A stretch of 63,161 nt of DNA, the filler included, from Craspedostauros australis (Eukaryota), in the NCBI GenBank assembly GCA_030167865.1. It is 10 parts of 10 records of this genome, joined end to end, with 100 filler letters (N's around TTAATTAATTAA, not from the genome) between each part and the next. Parts side by side here need not be neighbours in the genome. Positions count along the whole stretch, not along the records: positions 58,284 to 60,511 come from JALAGF010005244.1; positions 60,612 to 63,161 come from JALAGF010005246.1; 8 more parts are not named here. One strand, 5' to 3'. The stretch's first letter is position 1. The number at the start of each line of letters is the position of its first letter. Of this stretch, positions 59,093 to 63,161 are shown piece by piece. A model generated the notes under the pieces. The model worked only from the letters and a program-made list of their open reading frames with translations. It was not told the origin of the DNA and searched no databases. The translations under genes were made by a program, and so were the position numbers.

Positions 59093-60511
59093 ATGTCCAA
59101 CGCAATCCCAATCAACGACACCATCCTGGCGCACGTCCTCAGCGTTCTCGGATATGACGACTCGTCTACCGAATGGCTTATCNNNNNNNNNNNNNNNNNN
59201 NNNNNNNNNNNNNNNNNNNNNNNNNNNNNNNNNNNNGACATGCTTGACATGAACGCCACCATCGCGCGATCTGATCCGGAACCCGACTACGTAGCCCAAC
59301 TGTCTAAGGTAGCAATCCGGAAATTCTCAAATGCCATTGGCTGGTTCAGTGTTCAACCTAATCCCACCGTAGAGACATGGCGAGAACTCAATCAAGCTTC
59401 ATACATGGAGTATGTCGCTCGGACGTTCACACCCTCGCCCGCATCCTCAACCGCCATGCCTGACGCAGCCACCAGCGCATTCCCCTTCGAACCAACGAAA
59501 ACCGAACCAACGGAGAAGACCGGACGCGACCTCGCCGCAGACTTCAACCGCAGCATCAAACGTAACATTAGCGACTATCCCAAGTTGTCTGATGACAAGT
59601 ACTTCGCTACATTCCATCGTCGTCTACGTGCCACTGCTGCTGCTCATGGCATCTCCAATGTTCTCGATGTTGACTACGTCGCACCCGAAGAACAAGCCGA
59701 GCTCTTCAAAGTGCAGTCCACCTTCCTGTTCAACGTGTTTGTATCCAACCTGCAGACCACGAAGAGTAGGAAGTGTGTCACTCCGTACGAGTCGATCTGT
59801 GACGGTCAAGCCGTCTACTGCATGCTGGTCCGCGAGTACACCACCGGTGCCACCGCCGTCAACACCATCCGACGCATCCGTGACGACATCATCAAGTTCA
59901 AGCTGGACAAGCAGTGGCGCAGAAATCGTGAGCAGTTCCTGGACCTGTGGCAACACAAGGTTCACGAACTTGAGGCACTGCGTGATGATCCCATCGACGA
60001 CGCGACGAAGAAGGAGTGGTTGACGAACGCCATCGAGGCCGACAAGGCTCTGTACCAGTCTATCTTCCAGACTGACTACCTGCAGACCGCGATCCTGGCC
60101 TACACACCCGGCACCTCCGCAACCACCATGGAATTCGACACTCTCGTGGAGCTCGTTCGATCCTACGCTGTCCAGCTCGATGGCCACGACGCCAACAAGC
60201 CAAAGACGCCACGGCAAGTTAACAACACCGACCAGCGCAAGCAACGTGGGAAGGATAAGGACGACGGACCCAATCTCTGGAAGTCCAACAAGGACTACAG
60301 CAAGGAGACACGAGAACGGCTGCCGCGAGAGGAGTTNCANAAGCTGACTGACAAGCAACGCAGCGACTTCCTCCAAGCCCGGCGAGCCAAGTCTGGACGT
60401 GGTAAGAAGGACAAGCCTAGGCGTTCTGCCAACAACACCAACCGCAGTGGATCCACATCCAACCAGAACGACCAACAGGACACCCAGACCAACGACAAAG
60501 GTAGTAACAAT
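59093..60511 (+). mobile_element. Gag-like ORF of a diatom CoDi-type copia element (truncated by contig end)
   Basis: FNRSIKRNISDYPKLSDDKYF..FHR...ATAAAHGISNVLD.DY.P..F..Q..F.FNVF...LQT..DGQAVY matches the N-terminal pattern of diatom CoDi polyproteins (recalled, not searched). Confidence 0.7.
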
Positions 60512-60611
60512 NNNNNNNNNNNNNNNNNNNNNNNNNNNNNNNNNNNNNNNNNNNNTTAATTAATTAANNNNNNNNNNNNNNNNNNNNNNNNNNNNNNNNN
60601 NNNNNNNNNNN

Positions 60612-63161
60612 GATGTCGATGTGCCGTGTCCTGGCGGATGTTGATGGGTTGGACGCGATGAAGATCGCTCCAACATTGTCAACCATCACATCTGCTGGCT
60701 TGTGCATCCTCAGTCCGATGTCGCGAATCAATTGTGTTGCGAAGCGAATTTCTTTTCCTGCCTCCGACAGGGCGACGTACTCTGCTTCCGTCGAGCTGAG
60801 TGTTACGCTCCGTTGTGCCTTTGNNNNNNNNNNNNNNNNNNNNNNNNNNNNNNNNNNNNNNNNNNNNNNNNNNATCCATTGTGGAACGCAGTTGGATGTA
60901 GTGATCCTTGTGTTTTTCGTAGGTCTCCTTTTTGGTATTCTTTGTAAAGCCGTCTGCGATGTTGTCTTCAGAACGCACAAATTTGGTTCTGGCTTCTCCG
61001 TTTGTGATCAGTTCTCGAATGAAATGATGTCGGATGTCGATGTGCCGTGTCCTGGCGGATGTTGATGGGTTGGACGCGATGAAGATNNNNNNNNNNNNNN
61101 NNNNNNNNNNNNNNNNNNNNNNNNNNNNNNNNNNNNNNNNNNNNNNNNNNNNNNNNNNNNNNNNNNNNNNNNNNTTTCCTGCCTCCGACAGGGCGACGTA
61201 CTCTGCTTCCGTCGAGCTGAGTGTTACGCTCCGTTGTGCCTTTGATCTCCATATGATCGACACTCCTTGTAGTAGGACGATGTGCCCTCCTACGCTGATG
61301 CGATTGTCTTTGTCACCTGCGAATTCGCTGTCGGTGTATATTGCAATCTTCCATGCGTCTTGGGTCAGTGGACTTGGTTTCATCTTCAGTCCATACTCTC
61401 TCGTGTCCCATACGAATTTCATGACTCGAAGCATTTCCTTGTATGCTGCGGCCGTTGGTCCATCCAACACCTTGGTCAATTCTCGCACTGCATTGGCGAT
61501 GTCGGGTCGAGAGTGTTTCACCAGGTATAGCAGCATACCTACTCCGCTTTGGTATCTGCTGTGTCGCTGCTTGTCCACTTTGGGTGCGTCGCTTTGCCTT
61601 TGGATGCCTTGCCCTGGGGTCCCAGGCGTTCCGTATCGTTGCAGCTTCACCACATCGCTTCCGAACGTATCGATGATGATCTTTAGGATGTGTGGTTGGT
61701 TCACCCAACAGATCGTTTTGTTGTGGTTGAAGATGATCTTGCAACTCAGGTAGTCTTCGAGATCTTCCTCCACCTTGACACCGAATCGTTCCGCTCGAAT
61801 ATCCTTCACGAGCTTTTTCAATTCCTGCTCCTCTCCAATGCAGAGGCAATCGTCCACGTAGGTGCCGATCAGTAGCAGTCTCCCTTCCTGATTCCGAATC
61901 AGCAGGCAGGGGTCCACCTCGCTCTGTCTGAACCCTAGTTTGAATAGGATGTAGACGAGCTTCTTATTCCATTGTCTCGCGCTCTGCACGAGGCCGTAGA
62001 TGGTTTTCTTGAGTAGCAGGCATTCGTCGGCTTCGTGCCTCATACCCTTTGGGCATTGTATGTAGATCTCTTCATCGAGGTCTCCATGCAGGAATGCTGT
62101 CTCAAAGTCGATGATGATGCTGTCCATGTGTAGTATCATCTTCNNNNNNNNNNNNNNNNNNNNNNNNNNNNNNNNNNNNNNNNNNNNNNNNNNNNNNNNN
62201 NNNNNNNNNNNNGCGAGTATCCGCATGCCACGAGTCTGGCGCGGAATACCCCATTTCTCTTTTCCTTGAAGACCCATTTGGTCTTCACACACCGCCAATC
62301 CTTCGGCATCTGATCCTTCTTGATCTTTTCCCATACTTTCCTTCTGGCCATATCATAGAACTCTTTGTTGATAGCTTCGCGCCATTTCTTTCTTTTGTTG
62401 GGATCCGCATGGTCCCAGCAGTCTTCGAATNNNNNNNNNNNNNNNNNNNNNNNNNNNNNNNNNNNNNNNNNNNNNNNNNNNNNNNNNNNNNNNNNNNNNN
62501 NNNNNNNNNNNNNNNNNNNNNNNNNNNNNNNNNNNNNNNNNNNNNNNNNNNNTATCATCGTACCTGCGATATCTCTGTTGAATATTGACCCGTCTGCGTG
62601 GAAGTCGGGTCCTCCTGTTTCCGGTGGAGTTGTGATGGTCTCTTCGGGCGTCACATATCCCTCGCTGTCATTAGTTTCTGACTCATCATTCGATTCGAGG
62701 TCTCGCTCCTCCTCTGGGATTGGGTCGTTGTTATACCCGGCGAGAGCACTCAGCATCCTTGGCATGCGTGTTACAGGTTCTGCGACAGGGGTATCTTTGG
62801 GCTCTTTCTCAGCTGCTTCGTCTGCATTCCCCTCGTCGTCCCTTCCGAATTCATCGTCGATCTCTTCGTTCGATTCATTTTCCCCTTGGGCAGGGAGCAA
62901 GCTATCTTGCCCTCGCGCAGCGTCNNNNNNNNNNNNNNNNNNNNNNNNNNNNNNNNNNNNNNNNNNNNNNNNNNNNNNNNNNNNNNTGATGGTCTCCGAT
63001 CGTCGCTCCCAAGTTGTTCTCGTAGCTCGGGTGTTCATACCCGACGTAGAGTCGTCATCTTCTAGATCTATCAGCATAGATCTGTTGGCATTCTCGATAC
63101 CTCTGAATTGCCTGTATGACTGATTCATCCATGTCACGTCTCTCGTGATTAGGATTTTGGT
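60612..63161 (-). mobile_element. Second copy of the Ty1/copia IN tail-RT-RNase H region
   Basis: LKKTIYGLVQSARQW, YVDD and RNase H motifs; highly similar to 55946-58101. Confidence 0.95.

Noticed and set aside
22434..60567. Recurring palindromic TTAATTAATTAA motif
   Set aside because: Always embedded in N runs of fixed length. It is a synthetic six-frame-stop linker, so adjacency across it has no biological meaning.

Overview
Eukaryotic DNA, most likely from a diatom: it has a DUF6824-type gene, diatom CoDi-type copia elements, an ASAF-like plastid-targeting motif and a TTAGGG telomere. The window is not contiguous. Ten draft contigs are joined by artificial N..TTAATTAATTAA..N linkers, and there are many internal N gaps. 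Contig 1 (1-22389) holds a decayed N-acetylglutamate synthase copy, four protein genes (a secreted protein, DUF6824, BTB/POZ and a degenerate SDR) and a nest of copia LTR retrotransposons. Contig 2 (22490-40046) holds a four-gene block (PGPGW-like membrane protein, TM-LRR protein, putative plastid protein and a two-exon STAND/AAA-TPR protein). This block is bracketed by diverged inverted repeats, one of which is interrupted by a 1.8 kb TG..CA element with a CTAG target-site duplication. Contig 3 (40147-45342) is a chromosome end: a decayed copia is cut at a short telomeric seed, followed by a 78-bp satellite with hairpin potential, further subtelomeric repeats and (TTAGGG)13. The remaining small contigs are mostly nested copia fragments of two LTR families. 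Other candidate novelties are an extra conserved domain between Gag-NC and protease, an apparent insertion hotspot inside one LTR family, and a terminal micro-inversion in one LTR. All calls were made by eye; no database search was run.
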